The notes beneath the pieces were generated by a model. That model saw only the letters and a program-made list of their open reading frames with translations, was not told the origin of the DNA and made no database searches. 64,000 bases of DNA from Oscillospiraceae bacterium. GTDB lineage: Bacteria; Bacillota; Clostridia; Oscillospirales; Ruminococcaceae. Shown piece by piece: positions 46,809 to 56,196 of this stretch; positions within the stretch are counted from its first letter, which is position 1, and each line of letters starts with the position of its first letter. The translations under genes and the position numbers were made by a program. The stretch is from positions 2,064 to 66,063 of the forward strand of contig JAFTQJ010000017.1 in NCBI GenBank assembly GCA_017462785.1, given 5' to 3'.

Positions 46809-47933
46809 TTATGCTTTTTTCAGCAGACCCTCAATGACGTTCCAGATGCGTTCCTCCGTGTCGGCAACTGCGAGGGAGGCGGCATTCTGTGCCATGCTCT
46901 GCAGCTTTGCTCTGTCATTGTACAGAGCCTCGATACGGGAGATCATATCCTCAGCGGTGACATTCTTCTGCTCGATCACGATCGCCGCACCTGCCTTGCC
47001 CAGCACATTGGCATTATGGAACTGGTGGTTGCCGGTAACGATCGGGGACGGCACGAGGATGGAGGGCTTGCCGAGTGCTTCCAGCTCTGCAAGCACGGAT
47101 GCACCGGAACGGCAGACCACAAGGTCAGCGGCTGCCATGCAGGTGTCCATGTCGTTGATGTACTCGCTCACACGGATGCGGCTGTTCTTCATGGGAATGC
47201 CGTATTCCTGCATCTTCTGCGGAAAGGTATCCTTGCCCATGCCGCCGTAGCCGTGGATGTGGTTGACTGCCAGACCCTTGGAGGTGTGCCATCTGAGCAC
47301 CTCTGCCATGGTTTCGTTGATGCATCCTGCTCCGAGGCTGCCGCCGAAGGAAAGGATGCAGAAGCTGTCATCAAAGCCAAGCTCCGCCCTTGCCTGTGCA
47401 CGGGATTTCTGTTTCAGCTCCGCACGGACGGGAAGTCCGGTGACGGTGTACTGAATTCCCTTTTCAAAATACTGCAAAGCCTCTTCCACGGTGAGCATGA
47501 CATGATCCACCTCTTTGGCGAGGAGCTTGTTGGTCACACCGGGGAATGCATTCTGCTCATGGATGGCGGTCGGGATGCCCATTTTTGCCGCCATGCGGAT
47601 GATGGGACCTGCAACATAACCGCCCGTTCCGATGGCAATGTCGGGCTTGAATTCATTGATGATCTGCTTGGCACGTCTGCCGGAATTGGCAAGGTACCAG
47701 ACCGCCTTGGCATTGCGTCCAATATTTTCCAGCGAGATCCTCCGCTGGAAGCCAGCCACCTTGATGGGGGCGAGCTTATAGCCTGCCTGCGGCACGAGCT
47801 TTGCCTCCATGCCGTTGGGTGTTCCTGCGAAAAGGAATTCGGCATCGGGGCAATGTGCCTTGATAATGCCTGCGATGGCGAGAGCCGGATTGATATGTCC
47901 GCCCGTACCGCCGCCAGCCAGAAGTACTTTCAT
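46809..47933 (-). CDS. murG: undecaprenyldiphospho-muramoylpentapeptide beta-N-acetylglucosaminyltransferase
   Basis: The N-terminus is MKVLLAGGGTGGHINPALA. The start at M15 of the track ORF is computed from track coordinates, and the upstream ATG at 47975 would overlap ftsW. The C-terminal region reads GASVLAELEALGKPSILVP. Confidence 0.9.
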   Translation of the reverse strand: MKVLLAGGGTGGHINPALAIAGIIKAHCPDAEFLFAGTPNGMEAKLVPQAGYKLAPIKVAGFQRRISLENIGRNAKAVWYLANSGRRAKQIINEFKPDIAIGTGGYVAGPIIRMAAKMGIPTAIHEQNAFPGVTNKLLAKEVDHVMLTVEEALQYFEKGIQYTVTGLPVRAELKQKSRAQARAELGFDDSFCILSFGGSLGAGCINETMAEVLRWHTSKGLAVNHIHGYGGMGKDTFPQKMQEYGIPMKNSRIRVSEYINDMDTCMAAADLVVCRSGASVLAELEALGKPSILVPSPIVTGNHQFHNANVLGKAGAAIVIEQKNVTAEDMISRIEALYNDRAKLQSMAQNAASLAVADTEERIWNVIEGLLKKA

Positions 47934-47974
47934 AGTATCACCTTTCTTTGGAAATGCTGTATTGTCAATGTGCA

Positions 47975-49225
47975 TCAGGCATTCTGCCGGTATTCCGGTT
48001 CGGGAGCTGCGGGCTTTTCAGCCGGCTTGTTCCGTTCGCCGAGCACATAACGCTGTCTTGAAACATTGAGGACGATGCCCATCTGCATGAGCTGCATGAT
48101 AAGTGCGGTACCGCCGTAGCTGAAGAACGGCAGGCTGATACCGGTATTCGGTACAAGACCGCTGACAACTGCCATATTGATGAATGCCTGCAAACCGATC
48201 TGGAGCGTAAAGCCGATGGTGATGAGCATTCCGAAACGATCCCTTGCCTTGGATGCAATGTGGAAGCCCTCGACAACGAGCAGGACAAAGAGCAGAATGA
48301 CGGTGATCGCACCGATCAGACCCAGCTCCTCACATACAACGGCGAAAACGAAGTCGTTCTCCGCTTCGGGGAGGTAGAGGTATTTCTGACGGGATTCACC
48401 GAGTCCCAGACCCAGAGGTCCGCCCGAACCGATGGCGATGAGGGACTGTCTTGACTGCCATGTACCGGCAAGATCCTCGCTCTCAAAGGGGTGCAGCCAT
48501 GTGTTGATTCGTGTGCTGAAATATCCCACGCCGTCAACGACTGTTTTATACACAACAACGCCGACAACTCCCAACGCACCCAGAAAGGCAGCAATGAGAA
48601 GATGCCAGATTCTGGTGCCGCCGATGAACATGAGCACCAGACCGATCACGCAGATCAGAAGTGTACAGGACAGGTGGGGCTGCTGCATTAAAAGCAGGGC
48701 GACCACGCCGAGCAGAACCATGAACGGCAGAATGCCGATAGTCGCTTTTTTCATGCGGTCATAGTTCTTGTCGATCAGGTAGGCAAAGAGGATGACGATT
48801 GAGAATTTCGCCAGCTCCGAGGGTTGGAAGGTCGTAAATCCGAGGTTGATCCATCGCTGACATCCGGTGCCGAGGTCGGTACCGATGAACATGACCAATA
48901 TCAGCATGACGACACTTCCCAGATAGGCAAACAATGCAATGCCGCCACGCTGGAAAATGCGGTAATCCACAAAGGACATGATCAGCATGGCAACAAGTCC
49001 CACGCCGGCAAAAATGAGCTGACGGAATGCATAATAATATCCGTCCTTGCCCTCGTCAATGGCAATCGCATAGCTTGCCGAAAACATCATCAGAATACCA
49101 AGTCCGAGCAGGATCAGCACGACGATGATAAATGTCACGTCCGCATTTCCGAGCCTCGTGTTCTGTTTGACCGGCTCCTGACTTGCTGCACGGGTCCTGC
49201 CCGTGGTTCTTCCATTTGTCTGCAC
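47975..49225 (-). CDS. ftsW: SEDS family peptidoglycan polymerase / lipid II flippase FtsW (FtsW/RodA/SpoVE)
   Basis: 416 aa, polytopic. It starts at a GTG 9 nt after GGGAGG. It has the motifs GSGGPLGLGLGES and LPEAENDFVFAV. Confidence 0.85.
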   Translation of the reverse strand: MQTNGRTTGRTRAASQEPVKQNTRLGNADVTFIIVVLILLGLGILMMFSASYAIAIDEGKDGYYYAFRQLIFAGVGLVAMLIMSFVDYRIFQRGGIALFAYLGSVVMLILVMFIGTDLGTGCQRWINLGFTTFQPSELAKFSIVILFAYLIDKNYDRMKKATIGILPFMVLLGVVALLLMQQPHLSCTLLICVIGLVLMFIGGTRIWHLLIAAFLGALGVVGVVVYKTVVDGVGYFSTRINTWLHPFESEDLAGTWQSRQSLIAIGSGGPLGLGLGESRQKYLYLPEAENDFVFAVVCEELGLIGAITVILLFVLLVVEGFHIASKARDRFGMLITIGFTLQIGLQAFINMAVVSGLVPNTGISLPFFSYGGTALIMQLMQMGIVLNVSRQRYVLGERNKPAEKPAAPEPEYRQNA

Positions 49226-49294
49226 TTTGCCGTGCCTCCCTTTCTTCTGTACTGATCCTCAGCCCCCCGATCATCGGGATTCCGAGGGTTGTTA

Positions 49295-50257
49295 TCAAAA
49301 ATTGATCATCATTGCCGCAGCTCCCGTCAATGCTGTGAACCCTGTGAGAACTGCGATCCGCTGCCACGGCTTCATTCCGGCATCCGCCAGATTCTTTTGC
49401 AGTGTGCAGCCATGCTTCCGGAGTGCCGGCAGACGATTGACCGCACAGACCGCTGTGAGAAGCAGCACCGCCATGTGCTGCTGCGTCATCAGACAGACGG
49501 CTGTGATGATGCCGTACATCCAGAAGATGCCGATTTTTCCAAGTCTGCATTTTGCAGGGTGGAGATTCCAGACAAGACAGCCCATGCATGCACCTGCCGC
49601 ACTGAGCGAAAGGAGAGCATACAGATCCTGTGCCTGCTGCATGAACAGCACCGCCGCACAGAGCAGCATCACGCCGCCCACGGAGATCGTGGTGCCGTCC
49701 GGCTCCTCCTCCGGTGCCGCAAGCCAGAGCAGTGCAGTTGCGGCGGCATTCAGCGGAAGATACAGCAGACCTGCATCGTACCGCATAAAGCCAAGCTCCA
49801 GCACGGTGGACTCCATTCCGGCGTACTGCATGAACAGAGCCGTCAGGAGGAACACCGCCAAAAAGTTTGCGATCCGATTGCTGTTTTGCAGCGGTCTTCG
49901 TCGGATCATCCGCCAGTCACAGGCAAAGCCCAGTGCCGCACAGAAGAGTGCAAAGCAGAGAGCCGCACCGATCATCCGCAGCTCCTGCTGTACGGAAACA
50001 GAGGTGCTGTCAAGGATGCGGAAGGTCTGGTAGAGTGTGTAGGTAATTCCTGCACCCGCCAGAGAGCCGAACACCAACAGAAGTCCGCACATCGTCGGAC
50101 GCAGGATGTTTTCGGCGGCTTTCTCTGACTGCTTCGGGGGCGGCTCCGGTTCACAGAATCGCATTTTCTGCAAAAAGGGAACCAACGCTTTCCCGAGTAC
50201 ACCGCTTGCAAGGGCGGCTGTCAATGCCGCTGCAAGCTGGAGCCAGACGGGCATCAT
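49295..50257 (-). CDS. MraY-like polytopic membrane protein with substituted catalytic motifs
   Basis: 320 aa in the canonical mraY slot, with its ATG overlapping the murF stop (ATGA). It shows similarity blocks to MraY (LVPFLQKMRF, RPTMCG, WNLHPAK). The DD, N..N..DG.DG, MGDTGS and HHH blocks read GFACDW, PEEEPDGTTI, RLGKIGI and LRKHGC. Confidence 0.6.
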   Translation of the reverse strand: MMPVWLQLAAALTAALASGVLGKALVPFLQKMRFCEPEPPPKQSEKAAENILRPTMCGLLLVFGSLAGAGITYTLYQTFRILDSTSVSVQQELRMIGAALCFALFCAALGFACDWRMIRRRPLQNSNRIANFLAVFLLTALFMQYAGMESTVLELGFMRYDAGLLYLPLNAAATALLWLAAPEEEPDGTTISVGGVMLLCAAVLFMQQAQDLYALLSLSAAGACMGCLVWNLHPAKCRLGKIGIFWMYGIITAVCLMTQQHMAVLLLTAVCAVNRLPALRKHGCTLQKNLADAGMKPWQRIAVLTGFTALTGAAAMMINF

Positions 50258-51606
50258 GCAGGATAGATCGCTTCGATCGTATGCTCAAGGTGCATGCCGT
50301 GGCTTGCCTTGAACAGTACGCAGTCGCCCTCTTTCAGGGTTTCCTGCAATTTTGCGGCAAGCTCCTGTGCATCCTCCGTGCAGAAGATCTCCAGTGCATC
50401 GCCGGCATTGGCTGCAATGCCCTTTGCCGCACTGCCATAGCAGAACAGCATGTCGATTCCGGCATTCTTTGCCATCTCGCCCACCTTTGCGTGGAGGACT
50501 TCAGAATGCTCACCAAGCTCAAGCATATCGCCGAGAACGGCGATCTTTCTGCCGGTGCACTGGTATCCGCCCAGCACGCTCAGAGCCGCACGCATGGAGT
50601 CGGGGCTGGCGTTGTAGCAGTCCGCAATGACAGTCTGTCCGTTCTTTTCCATGATATTCTGGCGGTTGCCGGTCGGCTGGTATTTTGCCAGTCCGCAGAC
50701 AATCTCCTGCGGTGTCATGCCGGCAATAATGCCCACGATATAGGCAGCCAGTGCATTTTTCACATTATGGATGCCGACGGTCGGCAGTACTGCGAGGATG
50801 GAATGTTCCGCATGATGGATGGTGAACGTTGTCACGCCGTCATCCTCCTTGATGTCATCGGCGTAAACATCCACGCCAACGTGATCCGGAGTTACGGAAT
50901 AGGTCAGCACGGGGCGTTTCAGCTTCTTTTGCAGATCGCAGAGCATCGGATCATCCGCTGAAACGATCAGGGGTGCATCATCCTTCATGCCTTCCAGCAT
51001 TTCAAGCTTTGCCTTGAGGATGCCCTCCTGTGAACCGAGGTGTTCGATGTGGGAATAGCCGATATTGGTAATGACTGCCATGGTCGGCTTGGCACTGCTT
51101 GACATGCGGGAGATCTCACCAAAATGGTTCATTCCCATTTCAATGACTGCCGCACCATGCTCCTTTGTCAGCCCGAAAAGGGTCTTGGGCATGCCGATCT
51201 CATTGTTGAGATTCTGAGCAGTTTTCAGTGTGTTGAATTTCTCGGAGAGCACACAGGCGATCATTTCCTTGGTGGTGGTCTTGCCGACACTGCCGGTCAC
51301 GCCGACCAGCGGAATGCCGAACTGCTCACGGTAGAGGCTCGCAATGTCAAGCAGAGCCTGACCGGTATGCTCAACGACCAGACAGGGCAGATCACCGATC
51401 TGCGTATCGGTCACAGCTGCCACAGCTCCGGCTTCAATCGCCTGCTGTACAAAATCATGTCCGTCAAATCTTGCACCACGCAGTGCCAGAAAGAGGCATC
51501 CCTCCGGAAGCTGGCGTGTATCGGTGCTCACTGCTGTGATCTGTGCATCCAACGGTGCAGCAGTCCCCAGCCTGTCTGCAATCTGTTTCAGGGAAAGCGG
51601 TTCCAT
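50254..51606 (-). CDS. murF: UDP-N-acetylmuramoyl-tripeptide--D-alanyl-D-alanine ligase
   Basis: It is a Mur ligase with GVTGSVGKTTTKEM. I set the start at ATG 51606 (MEPLSLKQIA), 6 nt after AGGAGG and 10 nt after the murE stop. Confidence 0.9.
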   Translation of the reverse strand: MEPLSLKQIADRLGTAAPLDAQITAVSTDTRQLPEGCLFLALRGARFDGHDFVQQAIEAGAVAAVTDTQIGDLPCLVVEHTGQALLDIASLYREQFGIPLVGVTGSVGKTTTKEMIACVLSEKFNTLKTAQNLNNEIGMPKTLFGLTKEHGAAVIEMGMNHFGEISRMSSSAKPTMAVITNIGYSHIEHLGSQEGILKAKLEMLEGMKDDAPLIVSADDPMLCDLQKKLKRPVLTYSVTPDHVGVDVYADDIKEDDGVTTFTIHHAEHSILAVLPTVGIHNVKNALAAYIVGIIAGMTPQEIVCGLAKYQPTGNRQNIMEKNGQTVIADCYNASPDSMRAALSVLGGYQCTGRKIAVLGDMLELGEHSEVLHAKVGEMAKNAGIDMLFCYGSAAKGIAANAGDALEIFCTEDAQELAAKLQETLKEGDCVLFKASHGMHLEHTIEAIYPA

Positions 51607-51616
51607 CCTAATCCTC

Positions 51617-53047
51617 CTATGCCAGCACATTCAGTGCTTCGGCAACAATTTCTCTTTCGTCAAAATGGGTATGACGGTTATTTTCAAAAATCTGGTAGTC
51701 CTCGTGACCCTTGCCGGCAAGTACAATGACATCACCCTTTTCGGCTGTCCGCACCGCATGGAAAATCGCATCACGGCGGTCCGTCACCACATCACGGGGA
51801 ATTGCATTGTCCGCAAGTCCCTCCAGAATGTCGGCAATGATCGCCTCCGGATCTTCATCACGGGGATTGTCGGATGTGATAATGAGCTTATCAGCATACT
51901 TTGCAGCCGCCTGAGCCATCAGCGGACGCTTGGTGCGGTCACGGTTGCCGCCGCATCCGAACAGGCAGATCAGCCTGCCCTCGGTGCAGAGCTTCACATT
52001 CGCCAGAATATTTTCAATGGCATCGGGGGTATGAGCATAGTCGCAGATCACGGAAAAATCACGGTTTGTGGGAATGACCTCGCATCTGCCCTTGACACCG
52101 GTGCAGGTGGAGAGGGATGTGAGGATCTGTTCCGCTGTGAGTCCCATGCTCCGGCATGCGGCATAGGCAGCGGAGGCATTGGCAATATTGAAGCCGCCCG
52201 TCATGTGCATGGAAATGCTCTGCTCGCCGTCGGGAGAACGGAGCACGAACGCTGAACCTGCCGCCTTGATGGACTCTGCGGTGTAGGTGTAGTCCGCATT
52301 CTCGCTGCCGACGCTGTATTTTTCACAGGAGATCTCAGAAAACAGGCGTTTTCCGTAATCGTCCCCGATATTGACAATGGCAGTATCGCAGATGTCAAAC
52401 AGCATCCGCTTGGCATCGTAGTATGCCTCCATGGTCTTGTGGTAGTCAAGGTGATCCTGTGTGAGATTCGTAAACACAGCGGTTCTGAAATGTGTCGGAC
52501 CGATCCGCTTCTGCACCAGACCGAAGGAGGAAACCTCCATCACGACCACATCACAGCCGCTTCTGTACATTCTGTCGTACAGCTGCATCAGCTCAAAGGT
52601 CAGGGGGGTGGTGTTGTTTGTGGGAACAATCTCATCACCGATCTCGTTCTGGATCGTGCCGATCAGACCGACCTTGTGTCCGCAGTCCGTGAGGATGTGC
52701 TTGATGACACTGGTAATGGTGGTCTTGCCGTTCGTGCCGGTCACGCCGATGAACTGCATTTTGCGTTCCGGATGACCGAACCACGCCGCACACAGCTCGC
52801 CATAGCATGCACGGCTGTCTTTCACGAGGATCTGTCTTGCACCCAGTCCCAGATCACGCTCTGCAACAACGGCTGCCGCCCCCTGCTCCAGTGCCTGTGC
52901 AGCAACGGTGTGTCCGTCAAAGCGTTCTCCCTTGACACAGACATAGATGCAGTTTTCAACGATCTTCCGGCTGTCATCGGTGATGGCAGTGATCTCCGCA
53001 TCAGCGATGGCAGGGTCCGTATTCTGAATTAATTCTGCAAGCTTCAT
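51617..53047 (-). CDS. murE: UDP-N-acetylmuramoyl-L-alanyl-D-glutamate--2,6-diaminopimelate ligase
   Basis: It is a Mur ligase with GVTGTNGKTT. The DNPR motif (ITSDNPRDEDP) is the one associated with meso-DAP-adding MurE. I set the start at ATG 53047 (MKLAELIQ) after GGAGG. Confidence 0.9.
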   Translation of the reverse strand: MKLAELIQNTDPAIADAEITAITDDSRKIVENCIYVCVKGERFDGHTVAAQALEQGAAAVVAERDLGLGARQILVKDSRACYGELCAAWFGHPERKMQFIGVTGTNGKTTITSVIKHILTDCGHKVGLIGTIQNEIGDEIVPTNNTTPLTFELMQLYDRMYRSGCDVVVMEVSSFGLVQKRIGPTHFRTAVFTNLTQDHLDYHKTMEAYYDAKRMLFDICDTAIVNIGDDYGKRLFSEISCEKYSVGSENADYTYTAESIKAAGSAFVLRSPDGEQSISMHMTGGFNIANASAAYAACRSMGLTAEQILTSLSTCTGVKGRCEVIPTNRDFSVICDYAHTPDAIENILANVKLCTEGRLICLFGCGGNRDRTKRPLMAQAAAKYADKLIITSDNPRDEDPEAIIADILEGLADNAIPRDVVTDRRDAIFHAVRTAEKGDVIVLAGKGHEDYQIFENNRHTHFDEREIVAEALNVLA

Positions 53048-53092
53048 AGTCAGCCTCCAAATCACAATGTAGATTCCTTTTTGATACCAGCA

Positions 53093-55408
53093 TCAGCCGC
53101 TCTGGTCGTTGACCATGTAGGTCAGCTCAATCACGGTGCCGACCTCGACCTTGTCACCGGGTGCAACGGACTGGCTCTGTACCAGTACATCGCTTCTGTC
53201 AGCGGATGCACCAACGGACACATAGTTCAGTCCCCTGTTGGTCAGTGCGGTGTTCGCATCCCTTGCGGTAAATCTGCGGACATCGGGCACCTCCACATAT
53301 TCCGTGGTATTGTCTGCATCCGTGTACAGGATCACGGTACCGTCCGAAGAAATGGCGGTTCCGGTCAGCGGACACTGCTTAACAATAGTATCCCCATTTC
53401 CCTTGACATCATACTTCAGACCGAGTGCATCAAGCGTGGTGCGTGCTGTGGCAACATCCGTGTCGATCAGCAGCGGCACAACGATGTCAAGCTGTGCATA
53501 TTCCTCCTCCGTGTACTCCGGATAATAACCGAGGTACGGGAGGGCTTCCTCGAGAATGGTTCTCGCATAGGGAGCACATACCACGCTGCCGTAGTAGTTG
53601 ATATTGGTGTTCGGCTCATCCGCCATGATCAGCATGATGATCTCCGGATCGTCAGCCGGTGCAAAGCATGCATAGGATGCAACATACTGCATGTTGTCCT
53701 TGCCGTATTCGTCCAGCTTCTGGGAGGTACCGGACTTGCCGCCGATGGCATAGCCCTTGATATAGGCATTGCTGCCGCCGTTGTTGTCCACGACTGCCTG
53801 TAACAGCTCACGCATGGTCGCAGAGGATTCCTCCGAAATGACCTGACGCTTGACTGTGGTTTCCGTGGTTTCCAGCACGTTGCCGTCACTGGATACGATC
53901 TTGCTGACCACATAGGGTTTGACGAGATAACCGCCGTTGATGGCAGCCGCATAGCCGGTGATCATTTCAATGGGTGTGAGCTTGTTGGACTGACCGAAGG
54001 CACTCGCCGCAAGGTCAACCACGCTCATATTGCTGCCGCTTCTGTAGAAGCTGGTCGCTTCGCCGGGGAGATCGATGCCAGTTTTCTCCGTCAGACCGAA
54101 TGCACGGAAATAGTCGGAGAAACGCTCCACGCCCAGACGCAGACCTGTTTCGATGAAAGCAGGGTTGCAGGAATTGGTCAATGCCTGAGAGAAGGTCTGG
54201 TAGCCGTGTCCTGCAAGCAGATGGCAGTTGATCTTCTCGCCTGCGACCTCCTTGAAACCACTGCAGTTGAAACCGTCCGTTTCCGGATTTACAACACCCT
54301 CTTCCACAGCTGCGGATGCGGTGAATACCTTAAAGACGGAACCCGGAACATACAGCTCCGTGATCGCCTTGTTCTTCCACTGGGTCTCACGGGCTGCGAC
54401 ATATGCATCCCTGTATTCCGACTCCGGCAGCATCAGAAGCTGCTCGGAAACGACGGGGTCATAGATCGTGGAGGGATCATTCAGGTCAAAGCTCGGGTAG
54501 GTTGCCATTGCGTAGATCGCACCGGTCTTGGCGTTCATGATGATGCCGCAGGCACGGTTGCGGACCTCGTAGGTCTGGCACATTTCCTGAAGATTCTTTT
54601 CTAAGTAATATTGCAGTGTGGTATCCAGCGTCAGATACAGGGAGCTGCCATCCTGTGCGGCGTAGGTCGTCGCAAAGCGGTACGGCATGGCGTTGCCCAT
54701 TGCATCGGTTGCAGAGATCACTCTGCCGTCGGTACCGGAGAGGTAGTCATCATAGTAATACTCCAGTCCGTACTGACCCTTGCCGTCACTGTTGGTGAAG
54801 CCGATCACCTGTGCAGCAAGCTCATTCTGCGGATAGTACCGCTTGGTATCCTCCTGTGTGGTGACGGAATTGATGCCGTACTTATCAAAGTACAGTGCCA
54901 GCTCATCCGCAACATTCTTTTCCACCTGTGATTTCAGTACATAGTACTGTGTATCCATTTCCATTGCCTTTGCAATGGTATCCTTGGAGATCTCAAGCTT
55001 CGTGGAAAGCATGGCGATGATCTCCTGCTGGAGTTTTTCGATTGGGATGATCTCCTTACCCTCGGCAAGTGTACCGCCCTCATCAACGATCTTCTGGCGT
55101 TCCTCCATGATCTCAGCGATCGACTCCATCTCCTCACGGTAGAGTGACGGGTCGATGAACACCTTATACACGGTCGCACTCCATGCGAGAGGCGTTCCGT
55201 TTGCGTCATAGATCGTGCCTCTGTTTGCAGAGATGGTGATATTGCTGAAATGCGTACTGTTCGCCATTTCTGCATAATACCGGTGATCCACCACACTCAG
55301 CCAGAACAGACGGACAATGACCATAATCGCTGCAATCATCATTGCAATCAGCACGACCAGATTGGAACGGACTCTCATTTTCTGGGTCGGCTCATGTCTT
55401 ACTGCCAT
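53093..55408 (-). CDS. class B penicillin-binding protein (FtsI/PBP2B/SpoVD type) with two C-terminal PASTA domains
   Basis: It has a transmembrane anchor and the transpeptidase motifs SVFK, SCN and KSGT. Two PASTA-like repeats lie at the C-terminus. I set the start at ATG 55408 (MAVRHEPTQK), 7 nt after GAGGAGG. The track ORF adds 65 implausible codons. Confidence 0.9.
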   Translation of the reverse strand: MAVRHEPTQKMRVRSNLVVLIAMMIAAIMVIVRLFWLSVVDHRYYAEMANSTHFSNITISANRGTIYDANGTPLAWSATVYKVFIDPSLYREEMESIAEIMEERQKIVDEGGTLAEGKEIIPIEKLQQEIIAMLSTKLEISKDTIAKAMEMDTQYYVLKSQVEKNVADELALYFDKYGINSVTTQEDTKRYYPQNELAAQVIGFTNSDGKGQYGLEYYYDDYLSGTDGRVISATDAMGNAMPYRFATTYAAQDGSSLYLTLDTTLQYYLEKNLQEMCQTYEVRNRACGIIMNAKTGAIYAMATYPSFDLNDPSTIYDPVVSEQLLMLPESEYRDAYVAARETQWKNKAITELYVPGSVFKVFTASAAVEEGVVNPETDGFNCSGFKEVAGEKINCHLLAGHGYQTFSQALTNSCNPAFIETGLRLGVERFSDYFRAFGLTEKTGIDLPGEATSFYRSGSNMSVVDLAASAFGQSNKLTPIEMITGYAAAINGGYLVKPYVVSKIVSSDGNVLETTETTVKRQVISEESSATMRELLQAVVDNNGGSNAYIKGYAIGGKSGTSQKLDEYGKDNMQYVASYACFAPADDPEIIMLIMADEPNTNINYYGSVVCAPYARTILEEALPYLGYYPEYTEEEYAQLDIVVPLLIDTDVATARTTLDALGLKYDVKGNGDTIVKQCPLTGTAISSDGTVILYTDADNTTEYVEVPDVRRFTARDANTALTNRGLNYVSVGASADRSDVLVQSQSVAPGDKVEVGTVIELTYMVNDQSG

Positions 55409-55457
55409 ATTCATACCTCCTCGATCCATATTGCCACAGGGCATGCAGAACATGCCC

Positions 55458-55490
55458 AAAATACAAACAGGCAGGTTCATCCCCTGCCTG
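55458..55490 (-). terminator. terminator-like hairpin inside the ftsL-pbp leader (possible attenuator)
   Basis: Minus strand reads CAGGCAGG-ggatgaa-CCTGCCTG followed by TTTGTATTTT. It lies 50-80 nt upstream of the PBP start codon. Confidence 0.4.
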
Positions 55491-55689
55491 TCGTCATTCT
55501 CGTTACTCAAACAGCAAAGTGATCCTATCCTATATCCTGACCGCAGTCCGCCCGGCTTTTCGCCTTTTTTCTGTTTCGGGCGGACAACGGTCAAGCCTTG
55601 CATACACTCGCTGTTATGCCCTTTCCTTCATTGCTGCCGCTGCTGTGCGGAATTACTCAGCAGAGTTCTTTTTTCTAAATCTATGCACC

Positions 55690-56190
55690 CTATCCTCTGA
55701 GATATTCCACTAAATTATTAAACCATGTTTTCATTTTCACAAATACATTCTGCTCCTCATCCGGAATCTCAACAACGTCATTGGTCTGGATCTCGACATA
55801 CTCGATCTGCGAACCGTCAATGGTACGCATACCAAGCACGTTTTCGGCATACTCCTGAATATTTTTGTTGGAGGTCTTGCCGGCAAGTTCGGACTGCATC
55901 CGGACATTTTCGCTCTGGAGGTTCATGTATTCTTGTTTTTTCTCTGTAATCTGATTGCTGATCTGGAGCTGCTGCACGTTGCTGAGTATCACGGCTCCGA
56001 GCAGGGTAAAGCCCAGAAAAACAAGACCGATCACCTTGAAAATGGAAACCTTTTTACCACTGTTGCGTTCCATCTCAAACTGTGCGTTGCCCTTCGGCGG
56101 CTGGGAGATCACGGGCGGTATTTCTGCCGGTGCCGAACTGGAATTGTACTGCACCTGTGTCCTGTTCCCCTGACCATCATAGTACGCCAT
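55690..56190 (-). CDS. ftsL: FtsL-like cell division protein (septum formation initiator type)
   Basis: 166 aa with a single transmembrane helix (IFKVIGLVFLGFTLLGAVIL). A leucine-zipper-like coiled coil follows. Its position between rsmH and the PBP gene supports the call. Confidence 0.6.
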   Translation of the reverse strand: MAYYDGQGNRTQVQYNSSSAPAEIPPVISQPPKGNAQFEMERNSGKKVSIFKVIGLVFLGFTLLGAVILSNVQQLQISNQITEKKQEYMNLQSENVRMQSELAGKTSNKNIQEYAENVLGMRTIDGSQIEYVEIQTNDVVEIPDEEQNVFVKMKTWFNNLVEYLRG

Positions 56191-56196
56191 GACAAC

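Noticed and set aside
53093-55603. N-terminal extensions of track ORFs. These are the PBP gene to 55603, rluD to 23238, miaB to 35568, recJ from 7982, the glycosyltransferase gene from 58109, pduL from 61557, pncA from 62219 and the HEPN gene from 59895.
   Set aside because: The extensions run through promoters, terminators or upstream genes and lack ribosome-binding sites. Internal ATGs with good Shine-Dalgarno spacing give N-termini matching family expectations.
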